Below the pieces are notes generated by a model, which did no database searches, was not told where the DNA came from, and saw only the letters and a program-made list of their open reading frames with translations. Positions 8,875 through 18,627 of a stretch of DNA of 64,000 nt are shown piece by piece. Position 1 is the stretch's first letter; each line of letters starts with the position of its first letter. Location of the stretch: positions 128,001 to 192,000 of the IMG/VR virus record IMGVR_UViG_3300009031_000368, one strand, 5' to 3'. Origin of the DNA: a virus. Lineage: Duplodnaviria > Caudoviricetes. Both the position numbers and the translations under genes were made by a program.

Positions 8875-10229
8875 CAGCCTTCAGCCTCCTCAGTATCAAT
8901 ATAGTCATCCTTCTGCTTGATGATTCCTTCAAGCACGCGAAAAATATAGCTTTTTTCTTTGTAGAACGAAACGGTTCCGTCCGGTTGTTCGACTCTGATG
9001 ACGACTCCTTCGTGTGGATGCCTGGCGTCTAGACCAGATGGGATTGCATCGGTTCCAGATTCACCATTGACCAATCGTTCTACCTTTGCTCGAAGCGCCT
9101 CCTCGTTGCCATCATACATAAACGATTCAATATGACGCACCGTTTCAACACCAAGCTCGCCGGATCGGCCGACAACCTGATACCATGAAAGATCAACCTC
9201 ATTACCGTCTTCAGCAACACGGGTGATGCGGTAAACCGTTAGCCTGGTTTGTGGCCCATTGGTGCCATCTGAACTACAGCCATAACTGTACTCAAAACAT
9301 TTACCAAACCGCTTTTCAATCTTCTTATCCTTCAATCCAGTGGTGTCATGACGGCCCATAATCGGCGCACCGGTATCGGTGTAACCGCAAAGCTCATAGT
9401 AGATGGCTTCGCCGGGATGAAGCGTTATATCTTTTACCGCATTGAATCGGAAGTTCTCGGTGCCGTAATACGAATTACCGGTTCGCCGTTCCAACACGAC
9501 GCGACGGCTACCATTCAGATATCGCCACGGATTGCGCTCAACTGATAACCCAACACGCCGTAACAGCCAATCACAACAACCGGCCAGACGTTTACGCCAG
9601 CCTGAAAGTTGAACAAGATCACGAACTTGTGCGGTACGCCCAGAAGTACCATGAAGCTTCTCGGTAATATGGATGATTGAACCAACCGGAATCTTGCTGG
9701 CGAAATACCTGAACTGTTGTGTTTCAATGTGTTCATGAAACATGACATTCTTTTTACGTGCAACCGGAGTAGACGCTGACTTCTTTGCACGCACGGTTGC
9801 CGGTGTTTCATATTTGGTGCAAACCACATGACCGTTCACGGTATCGATTAGATCTCCTTCTTTGAAGGAAGAAATATCACAGCCAGTCCAATCAAGCATT
9901 TCGACCGGACACCAAAAGCCATCCGATTTTACACCTTTCAGCTTAATGGCACGCACACGGCGGTTTGGTTCAAACATGCCACCGGCCGGCTTTCCGGTTT
10001 CATCTTTCCGTTTAACCAGATCCTTATTGGATGCAAAGGTTTCAGACAGGACACCATCACTGGGGAAGAATACGCCCAGTGTGCCATCCTGTGTTTCCTT
10101 GCCGACAATCACTTGATTGCCAAGACAATTCCCGATGGCCAACCGCTCAATCTTTTCGACAGAGCCATCCGGTTTAACGATATCCGGGAATGGACGTACA
10201 TGGATACTTGTTACGATTGCTTGATACAT
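8874..10229 (-). CDS. ATP-dependent RNA ligase, DRB0094/Rnl family
   Basis: N-terminal OB-like module (..QVIVGK..GTLGVFFPSDG); motif I TEKLHGTS, III YYELCG, IV EGVVIR, V YKEKS. Confidence 0.85.
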   Translation of the reverse strand: MYQAIVTSIHVRPFPDIVKPDGSVEKIERLAIGNCLGNQVIVGKETQDGTLGVFFPSDGVLSETFASNKDLVKRKDETGKPAGGMFEPNRRVRAIKLKGVKSDGFWCPVEMLDWTGCDISSFKEGDLIDTVNGHVVCTKYETPATVRAKKSASTPVARKKNVMFHEHIETQQFRYFASKIPVGSIIHITEKLHGTSGRTAQVRDLVQLSGWRKRLAGCCDWLLRRVGLSVERNPWRYLNGSRRVVLERRTGNSYYGTENFRFNAVKDITLHPGEAIYYELCGYTDTGAPIMGRHDTTGLKDKKIEKRFGKCFEYSYGCSSDGTNGPQTRLTVYRITRVAEDGNEVDLSWYQVVGRSGELGVETVRHIESFMYDGNEEALRAKVERLVNGESGTDAIPSGLDARHPHEGVVIRVEQPDGTVSFYKEKSYIFRVLEGIIKQKDDYIDTEEAEG

Positions 10230-10243
10230 AACGGACTCCTTAA

Positions 10244-10492
10244 TTACCACCAATAATAGATACGGACATTATCCAATGATTCATTTGGAAAGAAACCGGC
10301 GAGCAATTGCCGCAACTGTTTATACTCTGTTCTGTCGGCGCCAGGCAAATATAGGTATTCACCATTATGAGGCTCACATGCCTCTACGTATTGTGTCAAT
10401 TGCCGCAACTCTTCTTGAGTTTTATCCGATTCATCCAAAAATCTGTCTAGTTCAATATAATCAATTTCTTTTATGGTTTTAACTTTAAACAT
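10244..10492 (-). CDS. hypothetical protein
   Basis: 82-aa ORF. Confidence 0.6.
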   Translation of the reverse strand: MFKVKTIKEIDYIELDRFLDESDKTQEELRQLTQYVEACEPHNGEYLYLPGADRTEYKQLRQLLAGFFPNESLDNVRIYYWW

Positions 10493-10500
10493 GAATCACC

Positions 10501-10899
10501 CTAATCGCACAGGTTGAAATGTTTGGGCGCGTTCTTGATAAATGACAGGATGTCGCTATAGATGTATCCATTACCATCTGGTCCAATTGCCTGAATTGTC
10601 ATTATGCGCTTGGTATCATACTGTTGATATTTGTTTTCAAAATGGCCAGCATGAAAAGATTCCAAACTTCTAAAGCCGGATGTTCTTTTGTTGTAGCCAT
10701 CTGAACCGTCAACATGTTTGTAATGCTCACGGACGTCAACATTCATATCTTGAAGCTTTTCCAGCAGACAGTTCGCAACTTCTACCACCTTCGTCTGTGT
10801 GGTGTGAAACAAGCGTGTTGCGTTAGTGTATTGTTCGTGCATCTGCTTTGAACAAGCTTGCGAGTCATTGAGCTGTTCCAATAATTGATTAACGTCCAT
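10501..10899 (-). CDS. hypothetical protein
   Basis: TAATG-coupled ORF. Confidence 0.6.
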   Translation of the reverse strand: MDVNQLLEQLNDSQACSKQMHEQYTNATRLFHTTQTKVVEVANCLLEKLQDMNVDVREHYKHVDGSDGYNKRTSGFRSLESFHAGHFENKYQQYDTKRIMTIQAIGPDGNGYIYSDILSFIKNAPKHFNLCD

Positions 10900-11675
10900 T
10901 ACCACTTTTCTCCATACACTGTTTCTTTTGCAAACTTCCTAAACTGTTTCACGCAATCAATTGCGCGGGTAACTGAATGTTTGATGCCAACCGTAAATCC
11001 ATTCATGGCACCAGTAACGGCACCGTAACCAAACGCGCCAATAGCTGAAAGCGGTACGGCCAACAAGATGCACAGTGGTAGCATAAAATAATTGATACAA
11101 AACCCAGCTACCGGCATATCATGAAATTCATTATTGATTGACTTGATGAACTTCGGCAATCCGCGAATACCATACTCCAGTGTTGTTTCAAAGAATGGAA
11201 TTGTGGAAACCGTAACGGCGGCCAGGCTTCCAATCAGTCCGCGTAGCGCTTCAATGATTTTGATGTCATACCGTGGCTCATCATCCTTGGCACGATATTG
11301 CTTCAGCATATTGATTTGATCCGACATGCAATCAGTAATCCATCGTCTGGCTCGATCAGCTAATTCAAATCCAAGTCGCCGTCTATACCCAGCCAATTCG
11401 CCAAATCCAACAACGGCACCATGACCGAACGATCCAATCACCACGATGGCCGGAATGGCAACCACGTTGAGCGCCGGAGATGTAATGAAGATCAGGCTCT
11501 TCAACACTGGTCCAACGTACCGGGTACGCCAAAGAGCACTATAACTATGATACAGTGCGGCAGGATACCTGGAAAGCATCGCTGCCGTATTGCCGACAGT
11601 TTCATAAATAGCGATAATTGGTGCGCCGATCAGGATACCGGCACCAGCTTCAATGATTGAAATATCGTTACTCAT
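10899..11675 (-). CDS. membrane protein with internal duplication
   Basis: two Gly-rich hydrophobic halves ending GSFGHGAVVG / GAFGYGAVTG. Confidence 0.7.
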   Translation of the reverse strand: MSNDISIIEAGAGILIGAPIIAIYETVGNTAAMLSRYPAALYHSYSALWRTRYVGPVLKSLIFITSPALNVVAIPAIVVIGSFGHGAVVGFGELAGYRRRLGFELADRARRWITDCMSDQINMLKQYRAKDDEPRYDIKIIEALRGLIGSLAAVTVSTIPFFETTLEYGIRGLPKFIKSINNEFHDMPVAGFCINYFMLPLCILLAVPLSAIGAFGYGAVTGAMNGFTVGIKHSVTRAIDCVKQFRKFAKETVYGEKW

Positions 11676-11901
11676 TTGATTCCTTTAAACTGTTATGCTT
11701 CCAATGTGTGGATTTTACGACAGAAAGTAATTGATCTATTTCTGAAATAACAGGCATGTCAGCCTCATCATAGTGAGATTCACGGCATGCATCACAATAC
11801 CCTATAATGTTTCGGGTAATCAGCAGACTTCGCCGATATGCCTTCAATCGCGCAGGATTCATCTTTTCGATTTGTTCTTTAGGTAATGACACGTAACCCA
11901 T
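11668..11901 (-). CDS. hypothetical protein
   Basis: 77-aa ORF, AGGAG RBS, CxxC. Confidence 0.6.
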   Translation of the reverse strand: MGYVSLPKEQIEKMNPARLKAYRRSLLITRNIIGYCDACRESHYDEADMPVISEIDQLLSVVKSTHWKHNSLKESNE

Positions 11902-11930
11902 ACCTGGCTCCTATTTTGAAAATTAAGCCA

Positions 11931-11958
11931 AATGTATCACACATTGAAATTTTGTCAG
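11931..11958 (-). promoter_or_regulatory. possible sigma70-type promoter
   Basis: CTGACA-N16-TACATT in intergenic gap. Confidence 0.4.
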
Positions 11959-11965
11959 GAAGTTT

Positions 11966-12211
11966 CTAGCAGTCAGATTCGCCGTATGGATCTTCGAGAA
12001 ATGCGTGGGGACCACTGACGTTATGGGTAGCTGATGAGATGTAAAGTCCTTCATCGCAGTACCGGCACCATTCACAATTAATGTGTGCCATGAACGAATA
12101 ATCGTCTTCTGGATTTAGCATGATATGTCGAATCGATAACATTGGGCTATACATGCCGTCCACTGCTTCAAGCGCTTGTTCAAACGTCTGGTATCTGGTT
12201 CGATTTTCCAT
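11966..12211 (-). CDS. hypothetical protein
   Basis: 81-aa ORF, TAATG-coupled. Confidence 0.6.
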   Translation of the reverse strand: MENRTRYQTFEQALEAVDGMYSPMLSIRHIMLNPEDDYSFMAHINCEWCRYCDEGLYISSATHNVSGPHAFLEDPYGESDC

Positions 12212-12522
12212 TAAGAGCCTACCGTTTCATTGGTGCCGTACCATTGAAATTCATTGAGTGGTTTGTGGGTTTTGCAATTGACGCAAAAAGTGCCGGTATA
12301 GAAGTCAGGTTGCCGTGCATACGTTTCAGCAATATGTCGAGACATACTGGTAACTGTTCCACAAACAGTGTGGATGTATGACATCCTAAGCGGTCTGACA
12401 AAACCCTTGGCACGCTCGTCATCCGACAGAACCAGATATGCAAGCTGTTGACCGTCATCCCTTAATTCTCGATGGCTACGGCCTTCCGGCACGTCACGGG
12501 TAAATGCTGTCTTATCACTCAT
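12211..12522 (-). CDS. conserved phage-type hypothetical protein, likely zinc-binding
   Basis: GFVRP.R.SY.H..CG..T.M...IAETYAR.P.FY...FC..C..H motif. Confidence 0.75.
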   Translation of the reverse strand: MSDKTAFTRDVPEGRSHRELRDDGQQLAYLVLSDDERAKGFVRPLRMSYIHTVCGTVTSMSRHIAETYARQPDFYTGTFCVNCKTHKPLNEFQWYGTNETVGS

Positions 12523-12536
12523 ATTGTTTTTACTCC

Positions 12537-13280
12537 TTACATGTAGTCATCATAATACCTGTCTCTTGGCCAAAGCCCATCGACCGTAGATGTAAATTCA
12601 AACCGGAATTCAATCTTGAATGGTGCAACCTTTTTCATAGTTACTTTGGATTGCAATTCCTTGATTTCTACCCGCATCTTAATATGGTATCCGGCCGAAT
12701 CGGCATCATTATCATCGATATGCTGGTAAACATAATGCTCAGCATCCCCGATCAGCTCACGATAATCATCAACACTGCCCGGATTCGCAGCAGCCACTTC
12801 ATCGGCCAGCATATCGTCAAGGATTGACCGGCATTCATGTGATTCCAGAATATTTTGAACATCATCAATCAAGTTGCGCGGCAGATCAGATTCATCAACA
12901 ACATGTTGAGACATCTGCTTAAATGTGTCTGGTTTTGCGAACATGTTAAGATTATAGACGGTATAAAATGTTTCAGGAAAGTTTACGTCATATCCGGATG
13001 TATCGCTATAGTCGTCACTAAGTTGTTTTTGATTCCAGGAGTGTCCACGTTTTGTGGTAATGAATTTAGTCGTTGTTGCCTTTGCCTTCATGGAATCAAT
13101 ACCTGCTTGAAGCCTATCAGCAACAAACCATGAAACGGCAGATTGGATCGACTGTAACACTGAGCCTACATCGGAACCGTCAACCATACCGGTTACCAGG
13201 TCGACGAACAGCAGCTGAAGCCTGGACGGTTTGCGTGCAATTGATTGCGCGGGAATGCGGCTTGATTTTGATTTCTTCAT
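12537..13280 (-). CDS. hypothetical protein, acidic C-terminal half
   Basis: GGAG RBS, ATG 13280. Confidence 0.65.
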   Translation of the reverse strand: MKKSKSSRIPAQSIARKPSRLQLLFVDLVTGMVDGSDVGSVLQSIQSAVSWFVADRLQAGIDSMKAKATTTKFITTKRGHSWNQKQLSDDYSDTSGYDVNFPETFYTVYNLNMFAKPDTFKQMSQHVVDESDLPRNLIDDVQNILESHECRSILDDMLADEVAAANPGSVDDYRELIGDAEHYVYQHIDDNDADSAGYHIKMRVEIKELQSKVTMKKVAPFKIEFRFEFTSTVDGLWPRDRYYDDYM

Positions 13281-13331
13281 CACGATACTCCACTCCACAA
13301 TTAAAACATTATGCTCAATTGTAGTAAAACA

Positions 13332-13544
13332 TCAGACCAGTGTCATATCGGCAGGTAATATGTCGGATTGCTCCACAAGATTTATATCGATAACCTTGTA
13401 TCCGATAACGGTATACTCGATGAAAGAATATGGGACCACTTGAATATCGGAATATCCTTCATCTAGAAGTGCCTGAATATATAATTCCAATACATGTTGG
13501 AATGTCGATATACGGGCAACCTTACAGATCTTTCGTGTAGCCAT
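13332..13544 (-). CDS. hypothetical protein
   Basis: 70-aa ORF, AAGGA RBS. Confidence 0.5.
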   Translation of the reverse strand: MATRKICKVARISTFQHVLELYIQALLDEGYSDIQVVPYSFIEYTVIGYKVIDINLVEQSDILPADMTLV

Positions 13545-13568
13545 ACAGTTGTTCCTTTTGTTTAAGGC

Positions 13569-14549
13569 TCAATGTGTGTAATGCGCTAGGATTGAATCGC
13601 TGTAGATTGATTCAACGTATTGCGTCCACCGTTCTAGATCGATTGAGCGCTGAAGCTTAGATGTCTGATGCGCGGCCAGAACACGATCCAATCGCTCTTC
13701 AATAAATACCTGAACTGTTTCATAACTGAAACAACCTGTTCTAATCTGTTTCAGCCATTCACAATTAGGCCGTGGCAGCGTGATGTGACCAGTAGTTAAC
13801 AGTTCTTCTGCTTCATCGGCAATCCGGACAGCATGCATCAACGCTTTGTAGTCGACACCATCATTGGTTAGAGTCTTTTTCGCCCGATCGCCGTATTGGT
13901 TCAACACTCTGTCATAGATCTTAAATGCTTCCTGCACGCTGAAATGAACCGGGCACTTCCTGCCGCAAACTTCAAGATGAATGATGGTATTGCCATGGTC
14001 CATCGTTATTGGAACAAGTTTGATGTCTTCATTCTGTGCCTCTAACACAAATCTTACAACCGGTGTCTCTTCAAGCTTAATGTGTTTATCTTGATCTCTA
14101 AGAAATTCAACAGTAAGCTGTGCGGCGGCAACCCGATTGCCCTTCACACAATACTTAGCGGCTTGAGTCTTACAGTAGCCTACAAATGCCGATGTGCCGG
14201 AATGAATCAAATCATTGCGATGTTCGGCGATAAATTCCCATTCCGGCGATGTAGTGGTCCAGGCATCTCGTGGAGCAAACAACATTTCAACCGCATTGGT
14301 TTGACCATCTTTCAACAGTACGGTCAAAAAGCTTTGTAGCGTAAACAGTTCAATGTCGGTATCGGTAGATGTATTTTTACCAGCCGATGATTTTGAACCG
14401 ACATTGATCGATGTCCGTGGCGCATTCTGCAACACCAAGTCTTTCGGCGATGGTACAAAAATGCCCTTGTAATCGGTATCTGATTCAGGAAGGTTGGTCC
14501 CGTAAAGCCGCGAACCAAAGATGGTTTGGAATAGGATCTTCATAATCAA
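13569..14549 (-). CDS. Pol-beta superfamily nucleotidyltransferase (RlaP / T4 NrdC.11-like)
   Basis: FGSRLYGTNLPESDTDYKGIF; D.KALMHAVRI C-terminal helix. Confidence 0.85.
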   Translation of the reverse strand: MIMKILFQTIFGSRLYGTNLPESDTDYKGIFVPSPKDLVLQNAPRTSINVGSKSSAGKNTSTDTDIELFTLQSFLTVLLKDGQTNAVEMLFAPRDAWTTTSPEWEFIAEHRNDLIHSGTSAFVGYCKTQAAKYCVKGNRVAAAQLTVEFLRDQDKHIKLEETPVVRFVLEAQNEDIKLVPITMDHGNTIIHLEVCGRKCPVHFSVQEAFKIYDRVLNQYGDRAKKTLTNDGVDYKALMHAVRIADEAEELLTTGHITLPRPNCEWLKQIRTGCFSYETVQVFIEERLDRVLAAHQTSKLQRSIDLERWTQYVESIYSDSILAHYTH

Positions 14550-14851
14550 ACTGGAACGATTGTTGTTCCATCCTTCAGTGCGCCAATGCCGTAAAGAAAA
14601 ACATCTAACTTGAAGTTGTTTTCATAACGTGGAGCACCTTTAGTGACAAGGTTGCCATCAGTGTCATAACGTAGTACCGTCTTGCCGATAACCTCAACAT
14701 GTTCATACCAAAAGTTTGAAGCACGGCGAAAAACACCAAGTTCAACATCCATAGATCGGCCTTCAGGGAAATTGATTCGATATCGGGCCAGTCCATTTGT
14801 TCCAGCCACCTTCTTTACATCTTCAACGGTCGGCACTTTTGATTTCTTCAC
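14546..14851 (-). CDS. hypothetical protein
   Basis: GAGG RBS before GTG 14851. Confidence 0.6.
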   Translation of the reverse strand: MKKSKVPTVEDVKKVAGTNGLARYRINFPEGRSMDVELGVFRRASNFWYEHVEVIGKTVLRYDTDGNLVTKGAPRYENNFKLDVFLYGIGALKDGTTIVPV

Positions 14852-14858
14852 GTTAACC

Positions 14859-16165
14859 TCACATGCTACAAATGATTTTTGAAAATAGGCGCTCAATTCG
14901 CCTCTCATGATCTACTGAACCGTCAACACCACTACCATGCGCAACTTCATGAACCAAAGTACCCAATAGCTGTTCACGGTCGGTGACGATTTTCCTAGCT
15001 AGATATATCACATCGTTGCAATATTGTCCTAATACATTTTTACCACAAAAATCAACCACGCTGACTTCAAATCGCCTCATGTCGACGGCCAAGCCAACTG
15101 TTTGGATTGCCCATAGGAAGTTATCGGTTTCATCGACAGTTAATTCATCGGCTGAATACATGCGTTCAACAGAATTGGCTTTCGTTTCCCTGATCGTTTC
15201 AATGTCGCCGATGACTTTGGAAACACTGTTCTGAATGGCGCGATTCACCACGATACCGCGCACGCCATAATGGCCAGATTCAATAGATTCAGATGTTGAA
15301 ACAACCGGAATCACGTTTTCGCCATGAATTGACTTAAAGTGTCGCGAGACGGCCTCATGCAGATTGTTTTTATCCGAATAGTCGTATTCAAACACCTTGC
15401 TTTCTCCAAGGCTGGTATTCAGGATATTGTAGATCTGTTCATCGGTGAATCGTCCAGCTTCAACGGCTTCAGATAATACAGCCTTAATTTGCGCCTTGAG
15501 CGACCACGGGTCGGCAAGTTTCCTGTCTCGATCCAGTCCAACATGCTTGAGATCGTATCCATACCGGTATGGTTCTGGAAGCTGGCGTACGAATAATCTC
15601 TTGACGAAAAGCTTATTGGTGTGCCTGGCATCGGTCAGAATACGTCCAGACGTGCATTCAATTGCATCAATCGGCGTATCGCTCAGAAATAACGTATTAG
15701 CTTTAAAATTTCAGTCCAGATTTCCTCTATGATTCCGGAGATCTCATACTCGATAAATGCCTCGCCGTCGCGAGAACAACAACGATGTGTATCAAAGAAT
15801 AGGATGTCGCTTTGGAAGTCGTCGCTCCATCTGATTTCCGGTGTCCAGTTTTCATTTCCATTCTTAATTACAACTTCATGCCCAAGCTTAAGAAGTCGAC
15901 AAACGGCGAGCTTGTAGCCTTCGCCGAAATGCCCCGCTGCCTCATCATCGCACCGCTTATCGGTGTTGCCCAGTACCAGAGATGATGGGGAAAGTATGGT
16001 ACCATCGGTACGAACCATCAATCTGTCAGTACGCGGAAAGTGCTTAACTGTCATCCGGTGTCCCTTGCGTTCCCCGTCCTGTGCATTCTGCAAGAATTCC
16101 CGGACGCATCCGGCAGGTGTCCAATCGATATAGTTAGGACTAATGGCAATCGGCAATGATGGCAT
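14859..16165 (-). CDS. GHKL-type ATPase fused to HExxH (zincin-like) domain, read via a -1 shift at about 15701-15707
   Basis: REFLQNAQD, LVLGNTDK, GHFGEGYKLA; -1 frame open from 15710 into the 14859-15395 ORF (LDRDR...TLVHEVAH); 435 aa if joined. Confidence 0.75.
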
Positions 16166-16246
16166 ATGACATTCTCCTTTTCAAAGTGTGCGGTATGATG
16201 TCACAACACGCTAAAACGTCAACCGTAATTTGTTGAAAAATTCCAA

Positions 16247-16274
16247 TTGACATTAAGCTATCTTGTGATAACAT
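16247..16274 (+). promoter_or_regulatory. sigma70-type promoter with extended -10
   Basis: TTGACA-N16-TAACAT preceded by TG. Confidence 0.6.
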
Positions 16275-16298
16275 GACGGGAAACGTTTGGAGGACGGT

Positions 16299-16715
16299 AT
16301 GCATAACGGCTCAATGAGTGTGGAATCAGTCGGCTGCGTGGCTGACGCGGTGTCGGACCTTTTGGCCAGTACTTCTGACATTGACTTCCATGTCGAAAAT
16401 GACGGCATTGGAAGTTACGAATGCCACGGGTATCGTGGATTTCACCACGGGACCAATTACGCTGTTGCTGATTCTGACTTAACGTTTAAAATAGATGCGC
16501 CACTGATTCGCAGGCATAAGTCAAGCTCGGCCGTTAAGAATGAAGTAGAAGTCATAAAGAGAATGTCGTTCCATGACTGGAGCGATGGATGTGATGGCGA
16601 GCATCGTGGTCCATGCCGGGCGGTTTGTGGTGAATATATGATTGAATTGAATGTCGTTGATGTCGAGATGGAAGTAATCGATGGACGGCTCGTATTTTGG
16701 GTAAGATTTCAGTAG
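16299..16715 (+). CDS. hypothetical phage protein
   Basis: GGAGG RBS; NDGIGSYE motif; own promoter. Confidence 0.7.
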   Translation: MHNGSMSVESVGCVADAVSDLLASTSDIDFHVENDGIGSYECHGYRGFHHGTNYAVADSDLTFKIDAPLIRRHKSSSAVKNEVEVIKRMSFHDWSDGCDGEHRGPCRAVCGEYMIELNVVDVEMEVIDGRLVFWVRFQ

Positions 16716-17899
16716 CCGAAAGCACGCTTCCATCTATTGGCTGCGCCGTTAGGATTTAGACCTAAAGCGATAAGGCATCTATCCGCTTGACGGTCCAGCA
16801 TTTCAAGTAATTTCTTTTTATCATTTCGGGTAATGCCGAAAGTAATCTTCACGCCAGTTTTTTCTTGGATTTCTCGTGAAAGATCCCATGTAGCAGTTGT
16901 TGGCATTGTAGGATCTTCCCCGGAATGAAATCGCACCATTCGCCAAACATATGCATACACGCCATTCTTTGGCTTGTTTGTTTTTAACTGCTTCCCATTA
17001 CCACGAACTGTTATTTCTCTCATGGCTGTGTCGTCATCGCTGGACATCTTTTTGATGTAAGTCATCACTTCTGGATCTACTTCTCCACTGACGCTCTTTG
17101 TAAGTTCATCATCCGACATCAGAGCTTCATGGATTTGGTCTACAATGGTGGCACTATCTATTGATTCATTCTCCATTGCATCCATTTCGGCCTGCGCTTT
17201 GTCGGCCAACCATTTTGAAATAACTCCAGACTGTACCAGATGTTTAAAATCCCACCGCTTCCAGGCTCGCTCTAACTCATTGATGGAATCAAGGCATTCA
17301 TCGGCCGACAGTAGGAATTCCTTTCGTATGCCGTTGCTGTCCATGTCGTAACCTTCTACCGCCCTTGCATCTTCAAGATATTCGCCGCGCAGGTACCGGA
17401 GTGAGCTAATTCTGTCCTGTATTGAATTCCCGACTGCCTCAAGCGCACCACCATTACTTTCATTGAAATATGCAACTGATTGCACGGATTCCATGAATTC
17501 ACCAATGGCCGATACCTGGAGGCTAAACGTCACTGACGGTGGGTTTATCGTAACGGTTGCTTCACTGTATGAAGATTCTGTGTTGAATTCTATCGGGCCG
17601 ACATACTTGAACCTTGTAGTGCCCAACTGTTCATCGCCGGCCAGTTTTATTGCTTTTGTGGCCTTTGGTTTGATCAGGTCTAGGATCTCTTTCTGCAGCT
17701 TACCGCCAAAGAGCGCATTGATGGCAGCTTTGCCAGTCAGCTTCTTTATCCGTTCTTCCAATACTCGCTCTTGCACTCCGAGCATACCGGATAATTCACG
17801 GCCAGATATGGTAAAATCAGCGTCTAGCTCAGTGGCGAATTCAAAACTATCCGGTTCTTGACCGGCAGAAATTTCTACACTATTGATAACAACAGGCAT
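16709..17899 (-). CDS. hypothetical protein
   Basis: GGAG RBS at ATG 17899; C-terminal AYVWRMVRFHSGED.TMP...AANRW. Confidence 0.7.
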   Translation of the reverse strand: MPVVINSVEISAGQEPDSFEFATELDADFTISGRELSGMLGVQERVLEERIKKLTGKAAINALFGGKLQKEILDLIKPKATKAIKLAGDEQLGTTRFKYVGPIEFNTESSYSEATVTINPPSVTFSLQVSAIGEFMESVQSVAYFNESNGGALEAVGNSIQDRISSLRYLRGEYLEDARAVEGYDMDSNGIRKEFLLSADECLDSINELERAWKRWDFKHLVQSGVISKWLADKAQAEMDAMENESIDSATIVDQIHEALMSDDELTKSVSGEVDPEVMTYIKKMSSDDDTAMREITVRGNGKQLKTNKPKNGVYAYVWRMVRFHSGEDPTMPTTATWDLSREIQEKTGVKITFGITRNDKKKLLEMLDRQADRCLIALGLNPNGAANRWKRAFGY

Positions 17900-17933
17900 A
17901 CGTACTCCGTTTAATGGTTGTTTAAACAGAATA

Positions 17934-18110
17934 CTATTCAAAAAGGCGCTTGATGTAATGGTAGTAATTGATGATGTAATCCTTAAAATACAGGATTACC
18001 AGCGGGCTGCTAAGGAGAACAATTTCAAAACCGTGAAAAGATAGCCCGTATGCCTCAAGTCGGTGCAATAAGGCAGCACTCGGGATGATTAACCAACCGC
18101 TGTATTTCAT
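17934..18110 (-). CDS. small hydrophobic protein
   Basis: 58-aa ORF, ATGA-coupled. Confidence 0.5.
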   Translation of the reverse strand: MKYSGWLIIPSAALLHRLEAYGLSFHGFEIVLLSSPLVILYFKDYIINYYHYIKRLFE

Positions 18111-18337
18111 ACAAATAGTCTCAAGACTTCGCCGACAACGTTTAGTGCTAGAGAAGCGCCGAATGCCAACGTGGTAGCAATCGCGATAACGGCGCTCTTC
18201 CAAAATGGAACATTGGTTTCAGTGCCTTGCACAAAGGAAACCCAGAAGTCAAGGTTTCGATCCGTCCAAATAGACAACGGGATGGTGAGTAAAACACACA
18301 TCAGAACATAACGAGACAAAAGTGATGATAGATTCAT
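18107..18337 (-). CDS. small membrane protein
   Basis: two hydrophobic segments around WTDRNLDFW; ATGA-coupled. Confidence 0.65.
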   Translation of the reverse strand: MNLSSLLSRYVLMCVLLTIPLSIWTDRNLDFWVSFVQGTETNVPFWKSAVIAIATTLAFGASLALNVVGEVLRLFV

Positions 18338-18627
18338 TGCAAATCGCATAGTGTCGGATTCTCCACTTTCCAATTAGCAGTTATACTGATTTGTTCAATC
18401 AGCTTTGAAGTTTCTGATTCAGAAATATCACAATCTAGCGTTTTTGTCAAGATATTTTTCAACTCTTGAGCGGAAAATCCCCAGTCGAGATTGAAGTAGA
18501 CGGTTTCCACACCATCATAACCGGTCATCCTGACTGATTGTTCAAATGCATTCTCAAATGCTTCAATGGTGTAGACGTTATCGTCAATCGTGATTCGCCA
18601 TCGACGGACCAATAGTATATCTGTCAT
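18334..18627 (-). CDS. hypothetical protein
   Basis: 97-aa ORF. Confidence 0.6.
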   Translation of the reverse strand: MTDILLVRRWRITIDDNVYTIEAFENAFEQSVRMTGYDGVETVYFNLDWGFSAQELKNILTKTLDCDISESETSKLIEQISITANWKVENPTLCDLQ

